The notes: a model not told the origin generated them from the letters alone. Positions 1 through 10,300 are shown, counted from the stretch's first letter. The stretch is 41,320 bases of DNA from Chloroflexota bacterium (GCA_027623195.1 JAQBUT010000026.1:1-41320); one strand, 5' to 3'. Numbers and translations are program-made.

Positions 1-56
1 AGAGCTCGCCAATTCAGCCGATTCTCTCCACTAAGTTTTCTGTCCCACTTCGCTGA

Positions 57-500
57 ATGACAACACTACAGGACATCCGAGAATCTTCACAGAACCGCCC
101 TGCGGACTTCGCCGACTTTGGAGAAGCACTAAGCTGGTCGAGCGGCGACCGGCCTGTCCCAGCCGCGGAGGCCATCGAGCGCAGACTACGCCACAACCTA
201 AAAGAAACTGACAACGGGCGGCTCACCTGGAAATACGACCCTCGTGTGGACACCATCACTTCGTCAGGGGGGCCGGAGGGTGACAACCTCCTGTGGCAGC
301 TCTGGTCCAGCCTGAAGTGCCCAACACTGGTGATCCGTGGAGAGCGCTCAAAACTACTCACCCCGGAATCAACGGACAAGATGCTGGCGGCCTGCCCAAC
401 TGCGATTCTGAGAACGATTCCCGACGTCGGACACGCCGTTCTGGTAGACAATCAGCCCGCGCTCATCGGCGAGACCAGAGCGTTTCTGGTAGAGCTCTAG
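57..500 (+). pseudogene. C-terminal half of an alpha/beta hydrolase (truncated gene or assembly junction)
   Basis: LTWKYDP, CPTLVIRGERS and GHAV match the C-terminal half of the intact hydrolase at 17023-17889. An in-frame TGA at 54-56 precedes the ORF, and no frame upstream has a GxSxG or N-terminal segment. Confidence 0.6.
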
Positions 501-1153
501 CTGCGCAACTCCATCCTCATGCCAAATGCCTCGCCGAAGCAGCGGGGCAATACCTCAACCACGTCACTTACTGCGATGCCCCGGCTCAGTTCCTGTGCCA
601 TGGAGGTGACGGCAGCGTCGGGCAGGCCACAGGGGATGATGTGGTCAAAGTATGACAGGTCTGGACTTATGTTCAGAGCAAACCCGTGCATCGATACCCC
701 TTGGCTTACCCTGACCCCGATGGCAGCAATCTTGGCATTACCCACCCAAACGCCGGTGGGCCTATCCTCTGACACTGCCTGAATTCCGAATTCGGCAAGT
801 GTGGATATTAAGGCCTGTTCAAGGGCCTGCACGAATTTCAGAGGGCCACCTCGCCATTGCCGCAAGTTTATGATCGGGTATCCTACCAATTGACCGGGAC
901 CGTGATAGGTGACCTCTCCACCCCTGTCTACGTGATGGACCTCTGCTCCCAGCGTTTTCAATCGGGAAGCGTCGGCGAGAATATCAGAGTCCTGCCCACG
1001 GCGGCCCAGCGTGTAAACGTGCGGGTGCTCCAATAGCATCAATACGTTGGGGGACTGGCCTGCAACGACCTGATCATGGACGCTGCGTTGTAGGTCCCAA
1101 GCCTTCTGATAAGGCACGAGACCCAGACAATCCACCAAACATAGGTCTCGCAT
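497..1153 (-). CDS. lipB: Lipoyl(octanoyl) transferase
   Basis: LEHPHVYTLGRRG, DRGGEVTYHGPGQLVGYPI, KIAAIG, HGFALN and IIPCGL motifs; last gene of the 2-oxoacid dehydrogenase operon. Confidence 0.95.
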   Translation of the reverse strand: MRDLCLVDCLGLVPYQKAWDLQRSVHDQVVAGQSPNVLMLLEHPHVYTLGRRGQDSDILADASRLKTLGAEVHHVDRGGEVTYHGPGQLVGYPIINLRQWRGGPLKFVQALEQALISTLAEFGIQAVSEDRPTGVWVGNAKIAAIGVRVSQGVSMHGFALNISPDLSYFDHIIPCGLPDAAVTSMAQELSRGIAVSDVVEVLPRCFGEAFGMRMELRS

Positions 1154-1162
1154 CAGCCGGCT

Positions 1163-2452
1163 TTAATTTAACCCGGTGTCCGGCCCTATTGCCTCCAGAC
1201 GACGCTTCACGCCCATGGCAAAGGCCGAAGCCTCCGCGCCGTCCATGATGCGATGGTCGAAGGTAAGGCAGACGTTCATCATGCAGCGCACGGCTATGGC
1301 GTCACCAGCCACAACCACGGGCCGTTTGACGATGGCCTCAGTCGTCATAATCGCAGACTGCGGGAAATTTATGATGGGTTGGGACGATGTTGTTCCCAAC
1401 GCACCAGTGTTGTTGACTGTAAACGTGCCGCCCCGAACCTCGCTCAAGGCAAGCTTACCCTGTCGGGCCCTGCGTGCCAAATCATCCATTCGCGCGGCGA
1501 GGCCGGTGATGCTGAGCGTATCGGCCTCATGAATAACTGGCACCACCAGTCCGTCTGGTGCAGCAACAGCCATTCCGATATTGATTCGCCTCTTAAGCAG
1601 AATGGCGTCTCCTCCCCAGGAAGAGTTCAGCAGAGGGTTTTCCTTCAAGGCCTCCGAAACGGCTTTCACCACGAAAGGAAGGTAGGTTATGGGCACACCT
1701 TCACGCTGCAGAAAGCTCTCCTTGATAGATTCTCGAAGCCTAACCAGACCCGTGACGTCAATCTCCGTGATGCTCCATGCCGATGGAATCTGCGAAACGC
1801 TCTCAACCATGTGGGCCGCAATCATACGGCGCACGACCGACAGCGGCACACGCTCCTCATCAACGCTGACCGCAGCTTCCCGCGATGGGCTTGGCGCAGG
1901 AGTGGAGTCTCCTGTTGATGCTTTCGGAGAGTCTAGGAAGGTCTGCACGTCCTTGCGGGTGATGCGTCCGTTCATACCGGTGCCGGTAATTAATGTCAGA
2001 TCGACATTGTGCTCATCGGCAAGTCGCATGACTGCTGGCGAGTAGCGTCCCCTGCCCTGCGAAGTCTCGTCCTGTTGCGTGAGGCCTTGAGTTATCGGAC
2101 CACTTGAGCCTGTAGGGCCAACCGGCGTGACGTTCTTAAGGAGCACGCCTGTAGTGTCCAAAGGCCTGGATTGCCCAGGAGACGGAAGGCTGCTTGAAGA
2201 CTGCGTCTCAGGGATTACGCCATCCACTTCCATCTCAGCGATGGCCGCGCCCATTGGCACAGTCTGTCCCTCTTCCACCAGGATTCTGGTAATGGTGCCT
2301 GCGGCCGGTGACGGCACCTCCATACTGACCTTATCAGTGACGACCTCCACCAGAGGATCGTACTTCTCCACGGTATCCCCGACGGCCCTTAGCCATTTTT
2401 CAATGGTGCCTTCGGTGACGGATTCACCCACTTGGGGCAGCTCTACCGTCAT
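1163..2452 (-). CDS. 2-oxoacid dehydrogenase E2 (dihydrolipoamide acyltransferase)
   Basis: Lipoyl domain (VEVVTDKVSMEVPSP), E3-binding domain (SPAVMRLA...GTGMNGRITRKDV) and catalytic DHRIMDG. Start placed at ATG 2452 (GTG 2455 possible), not the ORF-track start at 2554. Confidence 0.93.
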   Translation of the reverse strand: MTVELPQVGESVTEGTIEKWLRAVGDTVEKYDPLVEVVTDKVSMEVPSPAAGTITRILVEEGQTVPMGAAIAEMEVDGVIPETQSSSSLPSPGQSRPLDTTGVLLKNVTPVGPTGSSGPITQGLTQQDETSQGRGRYSPAVMRLADEHNVDLTLITGTGMNGRITRKDVQTFLDSPKASTGDSTPAPSPSREAAVSVDEERVPLSVVRRMIAAHMVESVSQIPSAWSITEIDVTGLVRLRESIKESFLQREGVPITYLPFVVKAVSEALKENPLLNSSWGGDAILLKRRINIGMAVAAPDGLVVPVIHEADTLSITGLAARMDDLARRARQGKLALSEVRGGTFTVNNTGALGTTSSQPIINFPQSAIMTTEAIVKRPVVVAGDAIAVRCMMNVCLTFDHRIMDGAEASAFAMGVKRRLEAIGPDTGLN

Positions 2453-2519
2453 CACCCTACCAGTCTTGGGAACCCTACCAGAGTAAATGGCTTTTTCCTC
2501 TCTATGTCCTGTCGGCTGT

Positions 2520-3503
2520 CTAGTACGCAGACAATTTGCGAATGGCCTGAGCAATCTTGGCCGGGTTGATCATATACATATCTTCCAGCAGAGGGCTGTA
2601 AGGCATAGCCGGGACCTCCGGTCCCGCTAAACGCGTCACTGGACCATCAAGGAACTCGAAGCCCTCTTCGGATATGGTTGCGGCTATCTCGCCGCCCACT
2701 CCCCCAAATTTGTTGTCCTCGTGAACCACAAGAGCCTTGCCTGTCTTGGCCACCGATTCGAGTATAGTGTCCATGTCCAGAGGTCGCAGCGTGCGAACAT
2801 CGACTACCTCGCAGCTCACTCCCTCTTCCTCAAGCTCCCGAGCCGCCTCCAGGCAGTGATGCACCATTAACCCGTAGGTGACGATGGTAACGTCCGTACC
2901 CTGGCGTTTCACATCGGCCTTGCCAATAGGAAGTGTGTAGTCCTCGTCCGGCACCTCACCCTGCACCAGGCGGTAGGTACGCTTATGCTCCAGGAAAATG
3001 ACTGGATCGTCGTCCCTGATAGCGCTCTTCAGCAGGCCTTTGGCATCGAACGGCGTCGCTGGGGCAACTACCTTTAATCCAGGGGTGTGATAGAAGTAGG
3101 CCTCGATGCTCTGGGAGTGGTACAGCCCGCCCCGAACGCCGCCGCCATGAGGCGTCCGCACCACCATAGGGACGCTTAGCTTACCCTTGGTCCCGTAACG
3201 AACGCGAGCAGCTTCGCCCACGATCTGATTGAAAATAGGCCAGATAAAATCGCCGAACTGTATCTCGGCTATGGGACGCATGCCGTGCATCGCCGCACCC
3301 AGCGCCACACCGGCAATGGACGACTCAGCCAGAGGCGTGTCCATAACCCTGGCCTCGCCAAACTCATCCAGGAAGCCATTGGTGGCCAAGAACACGCCTC
3401 CACGACGACCCACGTCCTCGCCTAGAACGAAGACTCGTTCGTCGCGGCGCATCTCCTCCTGCATGGCGTCGTGAACCGCCTCCAGGACGTTCTTAACGGC
3501 TAT
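2520..3503 (-). CDS. 2-oxoacid (probably branched-chain) dehydrogenase E1 beta subunit
   Basis: VFVLGEDVG..GGVF, DTPLAES, AEIQFGDF and YHSQS motifs. Start inferred at ATA 3503 behind a GGAGGT Shine-Dalgarno; ATG 3524 is the alternative. Confidence 0.93.
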   Translation of the reverse strand: MAVKNVLEAVHDAMQEEMRRDERVFVLGEDVGRRGGVFLATNGFLDEFGEARVMDTPLAESSIAGVALGAAMHGMRPIAEIQFGDFIWPIFNQIVGEAARVRYGTKGKLSVPMVVRTPHGGGVRGGLYHSQSIEAYFYHTPGLKVVAPATPFDAKGLLKSAIRDDDPVIFLEHKRTYRLVQGEVPDEDYTLPIGKADVKRQGTDVTIVTYGLMVHHCLEAARELEEEGVSCEVVDVRTLRPLDMDTILESVAKTGKALVVHEDNKFGGVGGEIAATISEEGFEFLDGPVTRLAGPEVPAMPYSPLLEDMYMINPAKIAQAIRKLSAY

Positions 3504-3607
3504 AGCGCACCTCCGGCGTATCATTGCCCATGACCAAAACTCCCTCTATCACGGCAGGACCCTGCCAAAACCATGCTTTACCTAACAGTAGTGTCATGCT
3601 CTTATAC

Positions 3608-4615
3608 TTAAGAATAATAGACGTGTTCCATGAAGTCGGAGGTGTCGGGGAAGGGAGCCGCCTCCGCTAAATCAGTAGCCTCGTTCACAATGCTCCGGGC
3701 CTCGTCGAGATACTGCTTGTCGGTTTCAGCGTCCAGAATACCCAACGATGTTAGGGACAGGTTGAGAGCTTTGAGCGGGTCTCTTTTCCTTGCTTCTTCG
3801 ATCTCTCCCTTTGGCCTGTAAATGGAATCATCGTCGTCGCTGGTGTGGGGTAGGAAGCGCTCTACCATAGCTTCTATTAGCGTCGGCCCCATGCCGCTGC
3901 GTGCTCGCTTTGCCGCCTCGGAAACGGCTTCGTACACGGCGACAACGTCGCAGCCGTCAATGGAGATTCCCGGCATGGCGTAGCCTTCAGCTCGACTGGC
4001 AATGCTTTCCACGGCCATCTGCTTGTGCTGCGGCACTGACGTGGCGTACTTGTTGTTCTCGCAGAAGAAGATCACCGGAAGCTTGTGGAGGGAGGCGAAG
4101 TTCAGCGCTTCATGGGTATCGCCGGCGCTGGTCGCCCCGTCTCCGAAGTAGACAATTACGATGTAGTCCTCGCCCTTCATCTTGGCCGCCAGGGCTGCAC
4201 CAACCGCTTGAGGGAGATGCGTGGCAATTACGTTGGACTGGTTTACGATGCCCAATTCCAGGTAGGCGCCGTGAGTTGGAAACTGCCTCGCTCCGCTAAG
4301 TGGTTCCCCGGCCTTGGCCATGAATCCCAGCAGTATTTCCTCGGGCGTCATGCCCAGCGTCAGCATCACCGCCAGGTCGCGGTAGTAGATGTAGAACTGG
4401 TCTTTGCCGCGTTGCAAGGCGTATACGCTGCCGATCTGGCCCGCCTCATGGCCTTGGGAGGACGCCACAATGGCCGCCTTGCCCTGACGATTCAGCATCC
4501 ATATGCGCTCATCCAGGGTGCGCGACAGCACCATCTGGCGATACATCTCCAGTAGCGTTTCGGAGTCCAGTGGCGAAGACGGGTCCTGCCTCTTGCTCCT
4601 GTTTGCCGTGGCCAT
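3608..4615 (-). CDS. 2-oxoacid (probably branched-chain) dehydrogenase E1 alpha subunit, TPP-dependent
   Basis: TPP motif GDGATSAGDTHEALNFA...ENN, plus QGHEA, YYRD and PHTSDDD resembling Bacillus BkdAA. ATG 4615 follows GAGGG. Confidence 0.92.
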   Translation of the reverse strand: MATANRSKRQDPSSPLDSETLLEMYRQMVLSRTLDERIWMLNRQGKAAIVASSQGHEAGQIGSVYALQRGKDQFYIYYRDLAVMLTLGMTPEEILLGFMAKAGEPLSGARQFPTHGAYLELGIVNQSNVIATHLPQAVGAALAAKMKGEDYIVIVYFGDGATSAGDTHEALNFASLHKLPVIFFCENNKYATSVPQHKQMAVESIASRAEGYAMPGISIDGCDVVAVYEAVSEAAKRARSGMGPTLIEAMVERFLPHTSDDDDSIYRPKGEIEEARKRDPLKALNLSLTSLGILDAETDKQYLDEARSIVNEATDLAEAAPFPDTSDFMEHVYYS

Positions 4616-4862
4616 CCAGCCCTCACTTCCAGCGAATGCTAACGTGACCGCGTGGTGAAGCGATCCTGCTTCATTATAGAAGGCCGTCCGGGAAGGCGTC
4701 AAAGCCTCTTAAGGGGTTTAGCCGAGAAAGCACATGACCTTCTAAACGATGATGAGTGGATTCATAAGCCTGTAATTTCAGCCCGGTGACCCGCGACGCT
4801 GAATATCGCAAAACACCCAGCCGTCTGCGGCCGTCGAGTATGGAGTGATGAGTTGGGGGAAG

Positions 4863-5534
4863 CTAAGCGCCGGAAACATCCCGGAATCGGTAGCCTACGT
4901 TCCAGATGGTCTCAATGTATGGGTGCTCGGCGTCTTCGATCTTGCTGCGAAGGCGGCGGATATGCACGTCCACCGTGCGAGTGCCGCCAAAGTAATCGTA
5001 GCCCCAAATGGTGCTTAGCAGGGCATCCCTGGTGTATACGCGGCCGGGATTGGTGGCCAGAAGTCGCAACAACTCATACTCTTTGTAGCGCAAGTTGACG
5101 CGGCGGCCCCGCAATACGACCTCGTATGAAGAGGGGTTTATGAGCAGGTCGCCCACTCGGATTATGTCATCGCTCTGCTCGGACCTGGTGCGCCACAGTA
5201 CCTGCTTTACACGGGTTACAAGCTCTTCCGAATTTGGAGGGCTGGAGACGAAATCATCCAGCTCCAGTCGAATGTTCAGTGCCGAGACCAGGTTTTGGGG
5301 TACCAGAGCAATGGTCGGAAGCTTTAAACTCGAACATCGTTCCACGCACTCTTGCATGTCTGAGGCAGTAAGAACGGCCATGTCCAAGACGGCGATATTC
5401 GGAGCCTCCTCAGGAGTGAGGGAGTCTAGCTCCTCCAGTCGCTCCACAAGTATGGCCTCTATGCCCTCTTCTTCGAGGAGCTCCTGCCAGTCGCTTCCTT
5501 CAAATTCAGTTTTCGAGATATGCACAGGTTCCAA
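4863..5534 (-). CDS. OmpR-family response regulator, GlnR-like, with atypical receiver; orphan
   Basis: Winged-helix segment WGYDYFGGTRTVDVHIRRLRSKI...NVGYRF. The receiver lacks the N-terminal acidic pair and the conserved Lys (DDFVSSPP). No kinase adjacent. Confidence 0.85.
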   Translation of the reverse strand: MEPVHISKTEFEGSDWQELLEEEGIEAILVERLEELDSLTPEEAPNIAVLDMAVLTASDMQECVERCSSLKLPTIALVPQNLVSALNIRLELDDFVSSPPNSEELVTRVKQVLWRTRSEQSDDIIRVGDLLINPSSYEVVLRGRRVNLRYKEYELLRLLATNPGRVYTRDALLSTIWGYDYFGGTRTVDVHIRRLRSKIEDAEHPYIETIWNVGYRFRDVSGA

Positions 5535-5619
5535 TATTTATTGCGCCGCCTACTGCCCATGACGGCAGATTGATTTTTTCTCTGGCCCGATTGTACCACG
5601 CAGCATCAACATTACCCGC

Positions 5620-6147
5620 CTACGGGGACTGCTTGAAGAAGGGTATCGCCAGTGGGTAATTGTACTCCTTGCCTTCACTGGCCTTTACCAACGCGATTAT
5701 GGTCATGACGACCTCAAATATGAAAAGCCCTATCAGCATTAATACGCCAACGAAGATAAAGACCAGAATAAGGCTAATCAACATGTATATGGTCAAGCTA
5801 ATTTGAAAGTTAAGCGCGGTCCTTCCGTGACGGTCCACAAATGGCGACTCTTCCCGCTTCATTAGCCAAATAATCAGCGGGCCTATCACGTTGCCAAAGG
5901 GAATGACGAGGCCGGCGAAAGTGCTCGCATGAACGTACATGGCCATGTTGCGTTCCTCCCGCGTAGGCTTCACCTGGTCGGCGCTGGCTCCGCCTGCGTC
6001 TGCCTGGGCGTCTCCGGGCGGTGTGTAGACGAACCTTTCCGCCTGAAGCGGATTCGACTCAGAGGTGGCTTCCACGGCGGTGCCACAGCCTGCACAAAAG
6101 CGGGCTTCGTCGGCCATTTCTTTTCCACACTGCTTGCATGATTTCAT
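5620..6147 (-). CDS. Zinc-ribbon plus DUF4870-type membrane protein
   Basis: N-terminal CxxC...FCxxCG, then EERNMAMYVH...GPLIIWL...ALNFQIS...YNYPLAIPF, the typical DUF4870 pattern with three hydrophobic segments. Confidence 0.8.
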   Translation of the reverse strand: MKSCKQCGKEMADEARFCAGCGTAVEATSESNPLQAERFVYTPPGDAQADAGGASADQVKPTREERNMAMYVHASTFAGLVIPFGNVIGPLIIWLMKREESPFVDRHGRTALNFQISLTIYMLISLILVFIFVGVLMLIGLFIFEVVMTIIALVKASEGKEYNYPLAIPFFKQSP

Positions 6148-6450
6148 TCATCTTCTCCTAGAAGCGTGGGTGTACGGTGCGGCCTAAGATTAAACCCCAA
6201 CGCCGTTTTCCACAATGGCCCTCTTCTTCGCGCAGATATATGACGCTTAATTTGAGTCAAGGCTCAGACCCGCGAACAGGATAAATTGAGGCTATTGTTT
6301 ACCGGCTTTGGTGTTATGTGTATGCAATTTAGGTATGTCGAATCTTTACGTCGAACTTCTGCGTATTGTAGTATAGTCAGGATTTCCCGCCTTAATTTCC
6401 CTACTTCACCAAGTTCGCCTGGGAAAGGCGAGATATCTTTTGGAGGTGGA

Positions 6451-8316
6451 ATGAACTCCCGGCTAATGCGGAACAGCTTTATATACCTACTGATAGTCGT
6501 AGCTGTAATGGCCATTTTTTTTACCCTGTTTTCTGACCCCCTGGGCGGCTCGCGGGAGATTCCCATCAGCGAAGTCATCGCCCTAGCGGCCAAGGGAGAC
6601 GTAGATAGGATAGAGGTAAGAGGCGACAAGCTTACTATCATCACGGCGTCCGGCGAAAACTTAACCTCACGAAAAGAGATGGGCGCCTCGATGGTGGAGA
6701 TCCTGGAGAACTCCGGCATTAATCCCCTAGTGTCCAACGTGCAGGTGGTGGTCAAGGGTTCTGGCGGGCTAGGTGGCCTGTTCGGACTCCTGATCAACTT
6801 CCTCCCCCTGATTTTCTTCGGGGCCGTGCTTCTGTTCATGATGCGGCAGGCCCAGGGCAACAGCAACCAGACATTTAGCTTTGGCAAAAGCCGCGCCCGC
6901 ATGTTCGTGGGCAATAGCCCGTCGGTAAGCTTCTCCGATGTGGCCGGTGTTGAAGAGGCTAAAGAGGAGCTGGAAGAGGTTGTTGAGTTCCTGAAGTTCC
7001 CGGAACGCTTCATGAGCCTCGGCGCAAAAATCCCAAAGGGGGTCCTGCTGGTTGGCCCCCCTGGCACAGGCAAGACGCTATTGGCGCGTGCCGTGTCGGG
7101 AGAGGCGGGCGTCCCCTTCTTCTCCATATCAGGCTCCGAGTTCGTGGAGATGTTCGTAGGCGTGGGCGCGTCCCGCGTGCGAGACCTGTTCGATCAGGCC
7201 AAGCGCAACTCGCCCTGTATCGTCTTCATTGACGAGATCGACGCCGTTGGCAGGCACCGGGGCGCTGGTCTTGGCGGTGGTCACGACGAGCGCGAGCAGA
7301 CTCTGAACCAGATCCTGGTGGAGATGGACGGCTTCGACGTAAATACGAACGTAATAGTCCTGGCTGCCACCAACCGGCCGGACATTCTGGACCCTGCGCT
7401 GCTTCGCCCCGGCCGTTTCGACCGGCGGGTGATTCTGGACAACCCGGACGTGAAAGGTCGAGAGGAGATTCTCAGGGTTCACTCTAAAGGCAAGCCGCTA
7501 GCTGACGACATCGATATAAAGAAGGTCGCCCAGCAGACCATGGGCTTTAGCGGCGCAGACCTGGCCAACCTGGTGAATGAATCGGCAATACTAGCGGCCC
7601 GCAAGAATCAGACTGTCATAACCGATGAAGAGTTCGCAGAGTCCATAGACCGGGTTGCCATTGGCCCTGCACGCAAAAGCCGCGTCGTCAGCGAAAAAGA
7701 AAAGCGCATCACTGCTTTCCACGAGGCAGGTCATGCCCTGGTTGCCTTCAAGCTGCCTAACGCCGATATGCCATTCAAGGTGACTATAGTGGCCCGTGGG
7801 CAGTCCGGGGGACACACCCGCTACTTGCCAGACGAGGATAGGCACATGTGGACCAAGGGCCAGTTCGAGGACATGATGGCAGCGGCCATGGGTGGACGTG
7901 TGGCGGAACAGCTTACGTTCGAGGACATAACCACAGGCGCAAGCAACGACCTTGAGCAGGCCACGACCATCGCCCGTACCATGGTTACCCGCTACGGAAT
8001 GAGCGAGAAGCTGGGGCCTCGTACTTTCGGCAAGCGGGAGGAGATGGTGTTCCTGGGCCGAGAGATATCGGAGCAGCGCGATTACAGCGACAAGGTGGCG
8101 CAGGAGATCGACGAAGAAGTCCATGAGCTGGTGGAAATGGCCTACGAAGTCGCCACCAAAGTGCTCACCGACAACAAAGACAGGCTTGCCAACCTGGCGA
8201 ATCGTCTAATAGCCAATGAGACCGTCGAGAGCGAAGAAATCCGGCAACTCCTAGGCTCTGACGATGATCAGGAGCCGGAGTTGCCTCAGACGGTACCTAG
8301 TCCGTCTCCCGCATAA
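6451..8316 (+). CDS. ftsH: ATP-dependent zinc metalloprotease FtsH
   Basis: Two TM segments, Walker A GPPGTGKT, Walker B IVFIDEID, second region of homology [18 protein letters not shown] 6451 follows GGAGGT. Confidence 0.97.
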   Translation: MNSRLMRNSFIYLLIVVAVMAIFFTLFSDPLGGSREIPISEVIALAAKGDVDRIEVRGDKLTIITASGENLTSRKEMGASMVEILENSGINPLVSNVQVVVKGSGGLGGLFGLLINFLPLIFFGAVLLFMMRQAQGNSNQTFSFGKSRARMFVGNSPSVSFSDVAGVEEAKEELEEVVEFLKFPERFMSLGAKIPKGVLLVGPPGTGKTLLARAVSGEAGVPFFSISGSEFVEMFVGVGASRVRDLFDQAKRNSPCIVFIDEIDAVGRHRGAGLGGGHDEREQTLNQILVEMDGFDVNTNVIVLAATNRPDILDPALLRPGRFDRRVILDNPDVKGREEILRVHSKGKPLADDIDIKKVAQQTMGFSGADLANLVNESAILAARKNQTVITDEEFAESIDRVAIGPARKSRVVSEKEKRITAFHEAGHALVAFKLPNADMPFKVTIVARGQSGGHTRYLPDEDRHMWTKGQFEDMMAAAMGGRVAEQLTFEDITTGASNDLEQATTIARTMVTRYGMSEKLGPRTFGKREEMVFLGREISEQRDYSDKVAQEIDEEVHELVEMAYEVATKVLTDNKDRLANLANRLIANETVESEEIRQLLGSDDDQEPELPQTVPSPSPA

Positions 8317-8343
8317 GTAAATTGAAAAACTTCACCTGAAAAA

Positions 8344-8378
8344 GAAACGGGGCCGGCAATAAACGCTGGCCCCGTTTC
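8344..8378. terminator. Probable bidirectional intrinsic terminator between ftsH and the convergent ORF
   Basis: GAAACGGGGCCGGC-aataaac-GCTGGCCCCGTTTC stem flanked by A-rich and T-rich sequence. Confidence 0.75.
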
Positions 8379-8401
8379 CATTCTTGCACTTACGTTTGAG
8401 C

Positions 8402-8869
8402 TTAAAGGTGTGGCACGTCGAATTCGCCGGTAATGGCCTTCGCAGCGCGAATACTGGCCTCGTCGATAAAACGTTCTAGCTCGCCGATCCTGCTCGAGTC
8501 CACTTCTCCCTCGGCGTCAGACTTCAATGCCGACAACTCTTCTCTGGCGTCATTAATACGACCCGTAATATTCAGCGCCTCAAGCTCGCTCTCCGCCTGC
8601 CGCTTTATCATGTCCAGGTGCGAGCGAGCCTTCTCCGCCCCGTCAAGACGCTCTTGGATCTCCCCCATGATGCTGAGGGTGGCATCTAACGGATTACCGC
8701 CGTGAACGGCGTGCCTTGGGGCCCTCTCCAGTTGACGCTTGAATTGCCTCACCAACGCGTCCATCTCATCCTCCTTGCCCTTAATGGAGGCGAGTAAAAG
8801 GCGCAGGCCAGTAATGGCCTTTTGCATTTCGGGAATCTTTGGAATTTCAGGGAACTCAGGCATGTTCAT
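8402..8869 (-). CDS. Hypothetical helical/coiled-coil protein
   Basis: 155-aa ORF filling the gap, rich in charged heptad-like helices; no family recognised. Confidence 0.7.
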   Translation of the reverse strand: MNMPEFPEIPKIPEMQKAITGLRLLLASIKGKEDEMDALVRQFKRQLERAPRHAVHGGNPLDATLSIMGEIQERLDGAEKARSHLDMIKRQAESELEALNITGRINDAREELSALKSDAEGEVDSSRIGELERFIDEASIRAAKAITGEFDVPHL

Positions 8870-9030
8870 GATTATTATGTTATATGGACAAGATATAGCA
8901 TATGTCCACCCATGGGCTGGTCATTTTTCAGCTTAGGGCAAGCCAACATAAGATTGTTATCGGCTCGTTTACGCAGAAATTAGGCGTCTCAGACAGGTCG
9001 ATAACCTCAGATGAGCTTGGCGCTTAGACG

Positions 9031-10140
9031 TTACGCTTCAATCCTGGTTGGACTGAACCCCACCTTTGGCAATGCGACAGCCAGAGCATCCATTACCTCT
9101 TGAATCTCCTCGGCAGTGGTATACCCCATATGACCTATGCGGAATATCTTGCCGCTGAGAGACGCCTGGCCACCGGAGAGCACAATATCATGCTCTGTCC
9201 GAAGGATTCCTATCAATTTAGACGCATCGACGCCCTCAGGCACATTGATGGCCGTCACGGTGTTGGAAGCGATACTCTCGTCCCTCGGGAACAGGGTTAG
9301 GCCGAGTTTCTTGATACCGTCCCGAGTCATTTGCGCCATGCTGAAGTGCCGTTCGAACACGCTGCCAATGCCCTCAGCCTCAATCTTCTGCAGGGCCAAG
9401 TCCAGCGCGAACATCAACGATATCGCTGGCGTGTATGGGGGCTGGCCGATCTCAAAATAGCGCTTGTAGGCCGACATGTCAAAATAGAACCTTGGCATTT
9501 TTGCTTCGGCATGCGCTTCCCAGGCATCCTCGCTAAAGCTAATGAATGCTAGTCCCGGAGGGAGCATCCAGCCTTTCTGGGAGGCTGTGGCAACCACATC
9601 GCATCCCCATGCGTCAGTACTGAGAGGAATGGAGCAGACACTACTTATACCGTCCACAAGCACCAGCTTTCCAAACTCGCGCTTGGCTACCGCAGCTATA
9701 GCCTGAAGATCGTTGGTTACGCCGGTAGAAGTCTCGTTGTGGGTGACCAGCACCGCTTTAATATCTGGGTGGGCGTTGAGTGTATCCCTGAGTTTATCGA
9801 GGTCCACAGCGGTACCATAGGGGAAGTCCAGCTTGACGACTTCGGCCCCGAACACACTGGCGATCTCTCCAAAGCGAGCGCCGAATACGCCAACGCTCAC
9901 ATTGACAATCTTGTCACCGGGCGAAAGCGTATTAACAATTGCCGCTTCCATGGCCCCCGTGCCTGACGACGTCATGATAAAAACGTCGTTCTTGGTCTCA
10001 AAAACCCGCTTGACGCCCTCTGTAGTCCGAAAGAGTATGTCCTTGAATTCCGGGCCTCGATGATTAATCATCTGCCAGGACATAGTCTCAAGAATATCGT
10101 CCGGTACTGGGATCGGTCCAGGGATTCTCAAGTTTGTCAC
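9031..10140 (-). CDS. Class V PLP aminotransferase (serine-pyruvate/alanine-glyoxylate family)
   Basis: LRIPGP, HRGPEF, SSGTGAMEAA, HNETSTGV, VDGISS, ASQKG (PLP Lys) and FRIGHMG. GTG start follows GGAGGAG. Confidence 0.93.
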   Translation of the reverse strand: MTNLRIPGPIPVPDDILETMSWQMINHRGPEFKDILFRTTEGVKRVFETKNDVFIMTSSGTGAMEAAIVNTLSPGDKIVNVSVGVFGARFGEIASVFGAEVVKLDFPYGTAVDLDKLRDTLNAHPDIKAVLVTHNETSTGVTNDLQAIAAVAKREFGKLVLVDGISSVCSIPLSTDAWGCDVVATASQKGWMLPPGLAFISFSEDAWEAHAEAKMPRFYFDMSAYKRYFEIGQPPYTPAISLMFALDLALQKIEAEGIGSVFERHFSMAQMTRDGIKKLGLTLFPRDESIASNTVTAINVPEGVDASKLIGILRTEHDIVLSGGQASLSGKIFRIGHMGYTTAEEIQEVMDALAVALPKVGFSPTRIEA

Positions 10141-10300
10141 GATAACTCCTCCGTGAGCTTTTGTGGGTGAATATAGGAACCAAAATTAGCGCACACAGGC
10201 CTTCGTTTAGGCCTGTCCGTCCCCTTGAGTTCCCATTTAACGAACACCGAAACGCCGTTCACGATTTTAGCACAGCACAGGGTTTATGTGTGACAGAAAA

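Noticed and set aside
497..4615. Absence of E3 (lpdA) from the dehydrogenase operon as a novelty
   Set aside because: E3 is commonly shared and encoded elsewhere; this cannot be judged from the window.
6264..7127. 287-aa antisense ORF over ftsH, and many similar long antisense ORFs (e.g. 13217-13966, 1253-1918, 33776-34471)
   Set aside because: These are shadow ORFs opposite well-supported genes, with no motifs of their own.
8402..8869. PspA/ESCRT-III-like identity for the coiled-coil protein next to ftsH
   Set aside because: Only generic helical composition; no recognisable PspA motifs.
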